DNA of 64,000 nt from Methanotrichaceae archaeon (lineage in GTDB: Archaea > Halobacteriota > Methanosarcinia > Methanotrichales > Methanotrichaceae). The stretch's first letter is position 1. Each line of letters starts with the position of its first letter. The notes beneath the pieces were generated by a model. It was not told the origin of the DNA and made no database searches. It was given only the letters and a program-made list of their open reading frames with translations. Location: contig CAVWIG010000018.1 in assembly GCA_963754945.1 (NCBI GenBank), positions 96,001 through 160,000 on the forward strand, in the 5' to 3' direction. This document shows positions 28,700-39,539 of the stretch, piece after piece. Made by a program: the position numbers and the translations under genes.

Positions 28700-29666
28700 T
28701 TAAGCGCCGAGAAGGTGCTCTAGTTTCTCGACGCACCTCCAGGTAAGAATGAGCTGGGCCACTCCGATGGCGTTGACGTACTCTTCACGTCTGTCGCTTA
28801 TGGCGGCGTAAGTCCCTAAAGTCCTGCCTAACTTGTGTTCCAGATGATCGATCATTGACTGATGAATCTCACCATCGATGGTCATTACTCCCACCTTTTT
28901 GGCGTAGTAATCATCGCGCTCGAACTCCAGGGAGAACTCGTGCTCCGAGGAGAGGAGGATCTTGGAAAGGTCGATGGTCATGTCCACCTCCGGAACCGGC
29001 CGATCAAGCATCTGCTGGATGAGCCGGACAGAATACCATTCGGGCTTGGGCTGTTTGGTCTCCAATATCGAAGGGTGAAACCTCGACTCCTGAATCTTGA
29101 CCACGATCTCTGCATAGATCTTCTGGATGTCCACGTACAGCTTGTAGTCAGGCTCTCTCTGAAGGATCTCACGCATGACATCCTCAGGACGATAACCCCT
29201 TTCGCCCACGTCACGCCGCACCTTCCACAGTCTTTTCACAGTTCGAGAAGGGTCCACGAAGATCTTGATGTCAGTAAGATGGCGCAGCCTTTCGGTATAG
29301 AAGGGATGCAATCCCTCAACAATGACCACCGGAGCCGGGCCGAAGGGGACTGTCCCATGGATCTGACCTGTATTGTGGTCGTAGACCGGCTTATCGATTC
29401 CCTCGCCTTGACGAAGAGCCTCTAAGTGGTCTGCCAGAAGGTCGAGGTGGTTGGCAGCCGGATTCAGGGGGGTTATGCCCATACTCCTTGCGCTGCTGTC
29501 GATCAAGGCTATGATAGTCATCCATGGAGAAAGAGATGACGTTCTCTTCCCCCAGTATCCTCTTTATGCCGCTAGACAGAGTGGTCTTTCCCGAGCCGCT
29601 ATCCCCCGCAACAGCGAAGACGAAAACCCTGCCTGAATCGATGATCCTCTCGGTCAGAGACTGCAT
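28700..29666 (-). pseudogene. prk: phosphoribulokinase with +1 frameshift near 29480
   Basis: AGDSGSGKTT and MDDYHSLDR in one frame; GITPLNPAAN, KPVYDH, EGLHP, WK.RRD.ERG in the next frame. Confidence 0.85.
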
Positions 29667-29691
29667 GATAACTATGGAACCTGGTATAAAA

Positions 29692-30621
29692 TCACTTGTT
29701 TTGCTTCTCCAGTACCAGATCCTCGAACTCGCTCGTCCTGCCGATGGTGTCCAGCTCGCGCTTTTCTATGATGGCTGTATCACCTATGCAGTCAACCCTC
29801 GACTCGCCTTCCACTATGACAGCTGAGTGGGTCCTGGCCACTGTGGACAAGCTGCTCATGAGTTGGGCCTTCTTGAGCATGTTCTGTGAGAACTTGCTGA
29901 TCCCGGTCAGGACGACCAGATCCTCGTCCCTGGTCACTGCATTGAAAGGAGCCTGAGCCGTTGGGAAGACCTCGAACCCCATCTTGGAGAGAAGCTGCAG
30001 TATGTTGTCGGTGATCTGCTCTGGCTTATCTTCCAGGTTTCCCGACTTGAAGAGATCCACTGGCAGAATAACCTCCTCCTCGAAGATCTCCTCAAGCTTG
30101 ACGGCCACGTCTATGGACGTATCCATGTTCTCCGTCTCATACTTTGATATTGTGCGCCGCGAGACTCCTAGCCTGGAACCCAGAGCTCCCAGCGAGATTC
30201 CCCGATCCAGCCTGAGCTGCCGGATCAAAGAGCCGTCTATGCGGACGTAGAGTCCTCCGTGGGCTGCGTAGACGAGAGGCAACACTCCATCGAGGAGACA
30301 GTCGGCCAAGGTTGGAACGCTGACCGTGGGTATGCCGTACCTGAAGTACACCGCTCCCCGCTCCAGGTACTGGTCCCGGCTCTTCTCCCCAACCAGAATG
30401 GTTCGCCCAAGGAGATGCTTGGCCAAACGGCGGACTTCCACCGCAGTCCTCTCGTTCAGGCCGTCTATGTTGGAGAGGATCTTTATTAGGATGAAAAGAT
30501 CTTCTTTCCTTGCCGCTAGATCGAAGGACCTGGGGCGTAGGTAGCAGCGCGCTGAGATTGTGAACCCCGCTTGCTTCAGCAGACCACTAACACTCTCGGC
30601 GAGAAGCTCCTTATCCATCAT
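29692..30621 (-). CDS. archaeal Cro/C1-type HTH transcriptional regulator
   Basis: SFDLAAR, ERGAVYFRYG, central HTH LGVSRRTISKYE. Confidence 0.85.
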   Translation of the reverse strand: MMDKELLAESVSGLLKQAGFTISARCYLRPRSFDLAARKEDLFILIKILSNIDGLNERTAVEVRRLAKHLLGRTILVGEKSRDQYLERGAVYFRYGIPTVSVPTLADCLLDGVLPLVYAAHGGLYVRIDGSLIRQLRLDRGISLGALGSRLGVSRRTISKYETENMDTSIDVAVKLEEIFEEEVILPVDLFKSGNLEDKPEQITDNILQLLSKMGFEVFPTAQAPFNAVTRDEDLVVLTGISKFSQNMLKKAQLMSSLSTVARTHSAVIVEGESRVDCIGDTAIIEKRELDTIGRTSEFEDLVLEKQNK

Positions 30622-30659
30622 TATATATCACAGTTAGACCGGTATTTAAAGGTTGACGT

Positions 30660-31907
30660 ATGTTCATAGGAATAGACGATACCGATTCGGAGAGAGGCCT
30701 GTGCACCACTTATCTGGCAGCGGTACTCATGGACAGGCTTCGGCCCTTTGGCGAACTGGTGGGTCTTCCCAAGCTGGTTCGCCTCAATCCATGTGCCCCG
30801 TTCAAGACCAGAGGCAACGCTGCAATCGCCTTCCAGTTTGAGACCGAGCGACCCAGAGAGGTCAGAGACTTAGCCCTGCAGACCGTCATAGAGTTCTCCG
30901 ACCTTTCCGGCAAAAACACCAACCCTGGCCTGGTGGCTGCGGACGTGGTCTCCCGAAGAATGAAATATTTTTATAAAAGGGCTGTGACTGAGATCCTGGA
31001 GATTGACGAGGCCAGGGAGCTCCTGGAGGCTGAGGGAGTTTGGCATCAGGGATTCAAGAAAGGCCGTGGACTGATAGGCGCTCTGGCGGCTGTGGGCGCA
31101 GAGTTGGAGGACCACACCTACGAGCTTATTGCCTACAGAGAGCCCAAGCGGTGGGGCACTCCAAGGATGATAGACCAGGCATCGGTCTGGAAGGCCGACA
31201 GCCTGACCTATCCACTGACCTGGGATACGGTGGACTGCCACAACAACCGGATTGTATTCGCCCCTCATTCCGTCGACCCGGTCCTCTTCGGAATTCGTGG
31301 TGACGACATCGGAGCCATAGACCTGGCCTTCCGGACCATCACTTCTGAGCCCTGGGAGAGGAAGGTCCTTTACCTGACAAACCAGGGGACAGACGCCCAC
31401 ATCATGCCCGGAGTTGTTTCAGAGGTCGTGGACAACCAGAGCTACCGGCTGAGAGGCAGGGTGAAGGATGCTCCTCGGGTAATCGAGGGAGGCCATCTGT
31501 TCTTCTCAATCTATGACAAACAGAACTCGCTGGTCTGCGCAGCCTTCGAGCCCACAAAGAACTTCAGAGACACCGTAAAAAAGCTTGTTCCGGGCGATCT
31601 GATCGAGGTTTACGGAGCGGTTAAGGAAAGGACGCTGAACCTCGAAAAGCTGGAGGTGCTGGAGCTGGCCGACATGATAGCGGCCCAGGCTCCCTTATGC
31701 GCATCATGTGGGAGGCGAATGAAGTCCGCAGGCCGCGAGCAGGGATACAGATGCAGGAGATGCAAGATCAAAGCGGAACAGCTGGAGAAGAAGGTCCTTC
31801 CGAGAGATGTAGAGACTGGGTTCTACGAGGTTCCGCCGTGCGCCAGAAGGCACCTATCCAAACAACTTGTGCGAATGAAGGGACAGAAGGTGCACCCTAG
31901 CCGGTGA
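30660..31907 (+). CDS. tiaS: tRNA(Ile2) 2-agmatinylcytidine synthetase
   Basis: GIDDTDS..G.CTTY, KTRGN, TNQGTDAH, OB fold, zinc ribbon, ARRHLSK. Confidence 0.95.
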   Translation: MFIGIDDTDSERGLCTTYLAAVLMDRLRPFGELVGLPKLVRLNPCAPFKTRGNAAIAFQFETERPREVRDLALQTVIEFSDLSGKNTNPGLVAADVVSRRMKYFYKRAVTEILEIDEARELLEAEGVWHQGFKKGRGLIGALAAVGAELEDHTYELIAYREPKRWGTPRMIDQASVWKADSLTYPLTWDTVDCHNNRIVFAPHSVDPVLFGIRGDDIGAIDLAFRTITSEPWERKVLYLTNQGTDAHIMPGVVSEVVDNQSYRLRGRVKDAPRVIEGGHLFFSIYDKQNSLVCAAFEPTKNFRDTVKKLVPGDLIEVYGAVKERTLNLEKLEVLELADMIAAQAPLCASCGRRMKSAGREQGYRCRRCKIKAEQLEKKVLPRDVETGFYEVPPCARRHLSKQLVRMKGQKVHPSR

Positions 31908-32019
31908 AAAACGAGGTGACTTGAGTAATTACGGCAGCACACATCGCAGAGCTGCGGGGAATTAAAAAAAAATTAAAATATTTTGAGTTTGAGGTTATCT
32001 ACCCCATCTCGGGCGTGCC

Positions 32020-32964
32020 TTACTTCTTAAAGGCTCCTTCGAGGGGCGGAATGACCTGCTTCTTCCTGGAGAGGACCTTCTCCTTGTAGATGGAGTTATT
32101 GGAGATTTTGCCGCCAAACGCCTTCTCGAATCCCGAAGCTGCCCCGGCGGTGCCTACGAAGAGGATGTCGCTTGCTTCCTTCATCACGTCTGTAAGCATC
32201 AACACCACCATGTCGAGCTTTTCAGCATCTTTCATTTTGTTCATTTCTTCAAGGATAGCTACCCTCTTGGGCACCAAGTCCTTGAGGTCCATGACCTCTA
32301 TCTGGCCCACGCCCGCTTTGGTGCCAGAAAAGTCGAACTTCTTGAAGTCGCCGGTCAGGATGTCCTTGGCTGACTTGGTGGATATGTCGCTCTTGGCTTT
32401 GAGAAGCTCCATGCCGAACTTCATGGGGTCTATGCCTGCGATCTTGGCCAGCTTCTCCACAGCGGCCTTGTCTCGGGGAGTGCAGGTAGGGGACTTGAAG
32501 AGCACAGTATCGCTCAGGATGGCAGACATCATTAGGCCGGCCATCTCTTTGCTGATTGGGACCTTATTCTGCTCATAGAGATTCGCTATTATTCCGCCGG
32601 TTGCGCCAACGGGCTCGTTGAGGAAGAAGATGGGCTTGCCCGTCTGGATGCCGCCGATCTTGTGGTGGTCTACGATCTCCACGATGTTGTCTGTGTTGAG
32701 CTTGTCCACTGCCTGGGCCATCTCATTGTGGTCTACAAGGATGACCTTCTTGTCAGTTGCGTCGGTGAGCTTCTCCGGCGCTGGAACCTTGAAATAATCG
32801 AGAAGGAATTTGGTCTCGTTGTTGATGTCGCCCGCTGCCGCCGGAACTACTTCTTTCATTCCCAGCGCATTCTTAAGGTTCGCATAAGTTATCGCCGAGG
32901 TCACTGAATCAGTATCGGGGCTCTTGTGCCCAACTACATAGATCTTGTCTGCCAAATGAAGCAC
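32020..32964 (-). CDS. ppaC: manganese-dependent inorganic pyrophosphatase
   Basis: GHKSPDTDS, LVDHNE, DHH, SRKKQVIP. Confidence 0.95.
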   Translation of the reverse strand: MLHLADKIYVVGHKSPDTDSVTSAITYANLKNALGMKEVVPAAAGDINNETKFLLDYFKVPAPEKLTDATDKKVILVDHNEMAQAVDKLNTDNIVEIVDHHKIGGIQTGKPIFFLNEPVGATGGIIANLYEQNKVPISKEMAGLMMSAILSDTVLFKSPTCTPRDKAAVEKLAKIAGIDPMKFGMELLKAKSDISTKSAKDILTGDFKKFDFSGTKAGVGQIEVMDLKDLVPKRVAILEEMNKMKDAEKLDMVVLMLTDVMKEASDILFVGTAGAASGFEKAFGGKISNNSIYKEKVLSRKKQVIPPLEGAFKK

Positions 32965-33497
32965 CTCAGGATTGTTAATGTAGGACCCCGACTTAAACCT
33001 TACTAGAGTTCAGCCTTCTCCCGGCGACTGCAGGTAGAATGAAGCCCCTTTATTGATGCACCCACCGAGGAAGATGAAATCCAAATCGACAACTTTATAA
33101 AGCAACGCCTCGACAAAAATCTGTCCTTTTTTGAGGACTGGCAAGAGCTCAAACAATTGTTAGCTGTGAATGCCGGTGCAAGAAAAGGACTACAATCCGC
33201 GTTGATAGGTCCTTGTGGTAGGATATTGACTACAGTCTACCTATGACCACGAGACAACCCAAATGCGGTACAGACGCCCGCTGCGAGGGTTACTGGGCTG
33301 ACTGCGGAATACCATCGAATGACGTTCCAGAGTTAGTATCGGGCGACAGCTTATACTTCTATTCCATCGTAAGACAGCATTGAATGAATGCTTTGAAGCA
33401 ACCCTAGGATCTCTTCTGGATCTCTCCTCTGGAGATGGTATTAATAGGCAGCTATGGCAGCGACAGCTTAATCTTTCCTTAAAAAAGAGATTAAAAG

Positions 33498-34184
33498 GTG
33501 AGAGGCATCCTTGTCACCCTTGAGGGCATAGACGGTTCCGGAAAGACAACTGCGTTACGAATCATTTCTAGCGAGCTCATTAAGACCCTTGGGGAGAGAC
33601 GTTTTGTCTTCACGGCCGAACCGACTTCGAGCCAGGCTGGAGAGGTCCTCCGGAGAGTACACCTATCGGAGAGACAAGCTTCCGAGACACATGAGATCTG
33701 CATAGTAAGGCGGATGGAAGAGATGCTCTTGTTCATGGCCGACCACGCCAACCACCTGGCTGAAACAATAATACCGGCCTTGAGAGAAGGCGATGTAGTC
33801 ATATCGGACCGGTACGCTGACTCGACGGCTGCCTACCAAGGCGTAACCCTACGAAAAATTGTCCCCGATCCTGTTGCGTGGATCAGAGATCTGTACCGTC
33901 CCTGGAACATCGTGCCCGATCGAACCCTACTCTTCACGCTAGATCCAGCCCTCGCGGTCAAACGCATCAAGTCCCGGACCGGGGCAGACAACGTGATCGA
34001 GAAATTCGAGAGGGAGGCGTTTCTCCGAGAGGTTGATTGTATCTTCAGGCTCCTGGCAAAATCAGAGCCTGAGCGGTTCGCCTTGATAGACGCCAGTCAC
34101 TGTATCGAGGAGGTTGCCGGTGATGCCCTGGAGGCGATCATCGACCTGATCTCTCAAGAATCGCAACCAGGACCAGAGCATTGA
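33498..34184 (+). CDS. tmk: thymidylate kinase
   Basis: EGIDGSGKTT, SDRYADS..AYQG, EKFE. Confidence 0.93.
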   Translation: MRGILVTLEGIDGSGKTTALRIISSELIKTLGERRFVFTAEPTSSQAGEVLRRVHLSERQASETHEICIVRRMEEMLLFMADHANHLAETIIPALREGDVVISDRYADSTAAYQGVTLRKIVPDPVAWIRDLYRPWNIVPDRTLLFTLDPALAVKRIKSRTGADNVIEKFEREAFLREVDCIFRLLAKSEPERFALIDASHCIEEVAGDALEAIIDLISQESQPGPEH

Positions 34185-34834
34185 GGGTCCTCATCGGAGA
34201 GAGCTAACTCAATCAGCCTTTTGGCCCATGCCAGCTTCTTGTGCTTCCTAGGGGTTACGCTAGTGTCATCAAAATCGAAGCCGATCAGCTTTATCTCTGA
34301 AGCTTCAAGGTATCTTGCGAAAAAGACGCACCTATCACCGTCTGTGAACCCTCCGAAGTTATAAAGCCCATGAGGCGGACGGGTTTGAGTCGTCCCTATG
34401 ACATTCCTGAGCTTTGGCACGTATTCTCGGAGCTTGTCCTGATTATCCCCATGGGCATGCACAACCACTACGGAGCCCATCTGGTTCGCTCGCAGGATGT
34501 CACCCACACATCCATCCAGGTCGGTGACTATTATCTCCGGAACTACACCGGCCTTTAGGAGAATTGATGTAGCCCCGTCAGCGGCTATGAAAATTTTGCC
34601 TCTTGGATCATTGAGAAATTCTTCCAGCTCATCCTTGAGGGCGGGAGCGTTGCCGCAGACGACAACAAATTTACAGCGAACCAATTTCGACGCCAAGGCT
34701 AGGACCGCTGAAGAGTTCAGGCAGGATTTCAAAAGATCAAAGAGGAGCCTGCCCGCTTCTTCATCGCGTTCTCTGGAGAACCCGAAGTCGTCGAGGATCT
34801 CAAGATATAACGGTTCCCAGGCGTCAAAACGCAT
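34154..34834 (-). CDS. mptE: 6-hydroxymethyl-7,8-dihydropterin pyrophosphokinase
   Basis: AADGAT, VTDLDG, HAHGDN, NFGGFTDGDR. Confidence 0.9.
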   Translation of the reverse strand: MRFDAWEPLYLEILDDFGFSRERDEEAGRLLFDLLKSCLNSSAVLALASKLVRCKFVVVCGNAPALKDELEEFLNDPRGKIFIAADGATSILLKAGVVPEIIVTDLDGCVGDILRANQMGSVVVVHAHGDNQDKLREYVPKLRNVIGTTQTRPPHGLYNFGGFTDGDRCVFFARYLEASEIKLIGFDFDDTSVTPRKHKKLAWAKRLIELALSDEDPQCSGPGCDS

Positions 34835-34882
34835 AAATCCGTTCTGCCGACCTAATGTTAAGGCTTTCTACGCAATATTTAA

Positions 34883-36146
34883 CCTGTAGGATTGCGAAGG
34901 ACGGAGCGGGAAGTCCCCATCCTTCAGGGTGGGGATGAAAGCGGAGTCCTTTGCCCTGGTTTCTGTCTAACAATAACTACTTAACCTCAAACTACAAGCA
35001 TCTATCAATGCTTAAATCGTATCGCTATAGACTCATGCCAACAAAATCTCAAGTTCACATCCTAGAAAGACAACTTGAGATTTGCCGGTGGGCCTACAAC
35101 GATACATTAGCGTACCGAAAGAATGCTTGGGAGAAAGAACAACGAACAGTCAAGCGTTTCGAGACTCAAGATAGATTGCCTCAATTGAAGCTAGAAATAC
35201 CCGAACTCAAAGAAGTCTATTCCATGACTCTTCAGAATGTTACTCTTCGTGTCGAGCTGGCGTTCAAAGCCTTCTTCCGAAGAGTCAAAGCGGGAGAAGA
35301 ACCAGGATACCCTAGATTCAAGGGAAAGGGTAGGTACGATAGCATTACCTATCCCCAATCTGGTTTTGGATTAGATTCTGGAAAGCTTCATCTATCTAAG
35401 ATCGGCGATATCAAGATCAAACTCCATCGACCTATTGAGGGAGATATCAAGACCTGTGCTCTTCGGAGATCAATGACAGGCAAATGGTTTGCTTGCTTCT
35501 CTGTTGAGATGTCAGACATGCCCCTCTCTCCCTGGAAAGATGGTTCCGTCGTTGGAATCGATGTAGGATTGGAAAGCTTCGCAACTCTCTCAAATGGTGA
35601 GAAGATCTCCAATCCTCGGTTCTTCCGAGATGAGGAAAAGGAGCTTGCGAGAGTCCAAAGAAAGCTCTCTAAAGCTCCGAAAGGCACTCCAGAGCGGAAA
35701 GCTGCCCTCAAGGTAGTCGAGCGAGTCCATGAAAGGATTGCTAACAAAAGACAAGATTTTGCCAACCAAGTAAGTCGTGTGCTGGTAGATCGCTTTGGGG
35801 TAATTGTCTTTGAGGATCTCGATATCCAAAACATGCTCAAAAACCATTGTCTAGCCAAATCAATCTCGGATGTGGCTTGGGGAAAGCTGGTGAAAGCAAC
35901 TCAGAGCAAAGCAGCATATGCTGGCTCTAAGGTTGTGCTAGTCGATCCAAGAAGCACATCTCAGATTTGTTCCAGGTGTGGCCTTGTAGTCAAAAAGGAT
36001 CTCTCTGAACGAGTCCATAGCTGCTCGGAATGTGGCTTGTCTATGGATAGAGATCTCAATGCAGCGGTCAACATTCTGAGATTGGGGATGCAATCTCTTC
36101 GCAAAAGCGATAGAAGTCCCCGCCCTTTAGGACGGGGAGCGTTCAC
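34883..36146 (+). mobile_element. tnpB: IS200/IS605-family solo TnpB element copy 1 (CDS 35008-36165)
   Basis: RuvC GIDVG / FEDL / DRDLNAA, zinc finger; left- and right-end hairpins, right end finishes TTCAC; left boundary approximate. Confidence 0.9.
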
Positions 36147-36171
36147 TGAATCACGCCTTCATTAGACTGAC

Positions 36172-36453
36172 CCCACATTCCGCAGTAAAGCTCAATTGAG
36201 CCAATAGTTTTCTGCATAGCGATTTTGCTATATTAATAAATATTTCAAAATATGCATTTATTTTTCAAATTTATAGATTTTGCAAAACGTGGCTAAATGC
36301 AGATTCCTGAATAGGATCTTGGTCCTGGAATCGCCGCAAAGGGCTTGGCAAATGAGATTATAATTAATTTTATATGATTAGGTTTTATAAACAAATTGCT
36401 AAATCGCTATCAGGCAAATTATTCATCATTCAATCCTTACTGCGGAATGTCGG
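36172..36453. mobile_element. IS1634-derived MITE (282 bp)
   Basis: TIR CCCACATTCCGCAGTAA / TTACTGCGGAATGTCGG, TSD CTGAC; termini match the IS1634 at 36726. Confidence 0.88.
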
Positions 36454-38240
36454 CTGACTAAATTGAAACACCAAATGAACGATACTTAGGAGTATTCCTA
36501 AAAACTAGCTTTCAACAAGCTTCTATTCTTTCTTTCAAGATTCACTACCGAATGACCTAGCCTTTTGGTTCAATTGTTATGAATTTCATTGAATTAGCCC
36601 TCTCTCAATCTGTTCTTCGATAGCTTCCGCTATGTTCAGATGACGTTGGCTTTTTTCGATGTACAGAGCTGAAATAGGTCAAAAGCGAAAGCTGTAACCA
36701 TCAATTCAACATGAACCCTCTTGACCCCACATTCCGCGGTTCACTCCATCCCGTAATATTTTTTGCACTCGCAGCCTAATAATTCAAGAATAGTGATCTG
36801 TGGGTCGCTTAGATGTACTATTGTCTTAATAATTGTTCCACCATCCGTAACAGCCGATACAATCACGCCCATAAAGATCTCAAAGACCCAGCGCATAGTA
36901 GGCCGCTGAGTTGGTTTGTTTATCTGATTCGGTATGGTCTGCTCTTTCTCTTTGAGTTCCTTCCTGAGCTTCCATTCGGCGAATGAGTATATGAGAAGAC
37001 TCAGGACCATGATCATGCAAAGTGCTTCGATCCTCTCCTCTTTTTTGAGATAGACCTCGGAAACCTGGAAGCTCTTATCCTTCAGGAATCTGAATCCACG
37101 TTCGACCGCTTGCTGTCCTTTATAATAATTTAGCATGACCTCGGGGTCGAGATCGACTTGATTGCTGGCCAAAACAAATCGACCTAAGTTTTTGCGAGCT
37201 TCTATAAGAGCGTCCTCGTTGAGCTCTATCTCGCATTCAATCATGTAGCTTATGTTCAAAAGCTCATCTTTTTTCGGACGTCCCCGTTTCTTTTCTATTT
37301 TTTCCATAACCGGCATGACCTGCACATTCTTGAGCAGATGATGCGGGTGCCCGGATTGCCATAATCTCAAATCATTATCGGCGTCCGGTACACAGGCAAA
37401 TTTCTTTCTCATTAACTTTCTGAGATCTTTTTCGGCCTCAGTCGTTTCTTTTTCAATTTTCTTCTCGAACGTTTTTTGGTTCCTTGTTTCCATTTCTTTA
37501 GACCAAACAACAACCGCACGCTGAGGAATTCCTGCATAATTAAGAGCGGTTGTAAAAAAAGCGTATCTTGGATCGCTGCCAGGTATCATATTTAAGTTGG
37601 AGTTGAGTAGTTTTTGAGCTTCTGATACAGTGGCTGGGATATGCGTAATCCATTTTGTATCTGTTCCCAAAAATTTGATATTTTCTTCTGTGTACAAAGC
37701 GCTATCCGCGATCCAATAGCTTTCATCGTCAAAATCAATCGCTTGTTGCGTTTTTTGTATCATTTCCATTATACTCTTCTTATCCGATTTATTTCCCGAG
37801 TATGCTTTAGCAAAGAGCGGCAAACCAAATTGATTTGTAACCATACCGAGAACGAACCTCTTCAGATCCATTCTACCGTCTTTGGCATGACCAAAAGTAA
37901 CCTGGATTGAATCAGTACCGTCTGGCGCATCATTTTCATATTTCCCATAGACGCTGAAGTTTGTTGTATCTACATGGATTAGTTGAGTCTCGAAGGAAAA
38001 TTGTTTCATTATGTGCAAAGAGATCTCATTGAAGAGCTCAGTGGCACCGTTTTCGTAAATCGCATCAAGTGTCCTGCCAACTACGTCGTCATTGAGGTCG
38101 GCTGGATTGATGCCTTCACCAAGTAGCTTTCCGGTAGGAATCGTCATGAAAAAGTTGGGAAAAAGGTACAGCCGCTGACCAGTAAAACCCAAGCCGTTCA
38201 AGATCATAGCTTTGATAATTACTGAATGAAGAAGATTTCG

Positions 38241-39539
38241 GGTCGTGAATTGTTAATAGGTTTTAATTTTGATATAGGAGAAGGTCAATAGTTCATGCAA
38301 GCTCCAGATGTGATCAATTAAGCCGGCTTGCTTCGCAGGACAATTGAGCCTTGTTATCCCTCGCTCGTCCCTGTATTTCAGAGAGCGATGCTTTCTGCAG
38401 TAATTGAAGTTTGCGAAATAGAGGGTCATTTGATGATCTAATTCCATATTTTTCTTAGAAAAGCCTATTGTTTTCCTGGATATGCGGTTATTATCTTGTC
38501 TGCATGTTAGATTATGTCGTTCTATATAGCTAGTAGATATCATCTTGAGTTTTATATTCGCCCCAAATATGATCCTTTTAACAACTTTTTTAAGTCTGCC
38601 TTCTGCCCGAATCTTAATAACCTGCGCGTAGTTTAACAGTTCGTCTACTATTAATTTAGGACTTCGAGGTCGTCCTCGTTTGCCAGTTGGTGCAAACAGT
38701 TGTAACTTTCCATATTGCTTTCGGAGAGCTATTGTATATAATTTTAATCCATCAGTTACAAATAATGGTATTGATCTCAGTATTTTCGCGGTATTTGTGC
38801 TGTGTTGCGTAACTCAGGACCGTGATGCTTACAGATGTCGATTTTGCTCATTTATCGATCATCACTGGTATTGCCCCGATGCATATCGATTTTGCCAGAG
38901 TTATTCAACACAGCAGGTATTTGCAACGAGCTTATCTGCGATTTTCTGAGACCGCTCACCAACTACATGGGAAAGCACCAGACGACATTCAGTAGCCATG
39001 CTTATCCAGATCCAATTCCCAGAGTCTTCGAATTCATCTTTTCTGGGCAACGTTTTTTTTTCCACAAAAGTCCAGAGTTCGTCCATCTCTACTTTTGGTG
39101 TCTCGATGTCTTTCAAAATAACCTCATTTACCCGTTCACAATGCTCTCCAGCTCTTGAGATCCAGGTGCTTACAGTAGACGGCTGTACCTCAAGAGTTTC
39201 TGCGATACCTAAAATGCTCATTCCGCGCATAGACATTTTTAAAGCCAGCTTGACTTTATCTTCATCTGTCCGTAGGTCATATAATGGCGTGTTAGTTCTA
39301 TCGCAGAACTTAGTTGTGCATGAATGGCAGACGAATTTTCTACCCTTGCCGGAACTTCTCTCATAGGTTCCGTAAACAGTAACGTTTCCTTTTCCAGCAA
39401 TTCCAAATAGTGCACACTTTTCATTTGGACATGCTACATCCAAAAATCGAGGTTTTGGACCTCTTAATCCCATTTGCTACACCCCATATAGCATAGTAGA
39501 CAGGGGCTATTTATAACAGCCTATAATTGATTCACGACC
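38241..39539 (-). mobile_element. IS1-family element (single-ORF transposase 39473-38253 split by MITE)
   Basis: TIR GGTCGTGAAT / ATTCACGACC, TSD AGATTTCG; zinc finger, EMDELWTFV, TSYIERHNLT. Confidence 0.9.
38798..38915. mobile_element. MITE family A (118 bp)
   Basis: TIR TGCTGTGTTG / CAACACAGCA, TSD GGTATTTG; homologous to 23189-23305. Confidence 0.9.

Noticed and set aside
32965-33110. Fluoride riboswitch upstream of ppaC
   Set aside because: The GGCGATGG...TGATG..CTAC-type consensus is not visible on the coding strand.
34897-34912. G-rich TAM for TnpB
   Set aside because: Similarity between the two elements extends further upstream, so the G-rich tract lies inside the left end.
36147-36158. 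TnpB guide matching tRNA-Thr (GAATCACGCC)
   Set aside because: Only 10 bp and the first guide base mismatches; compatible with chance.
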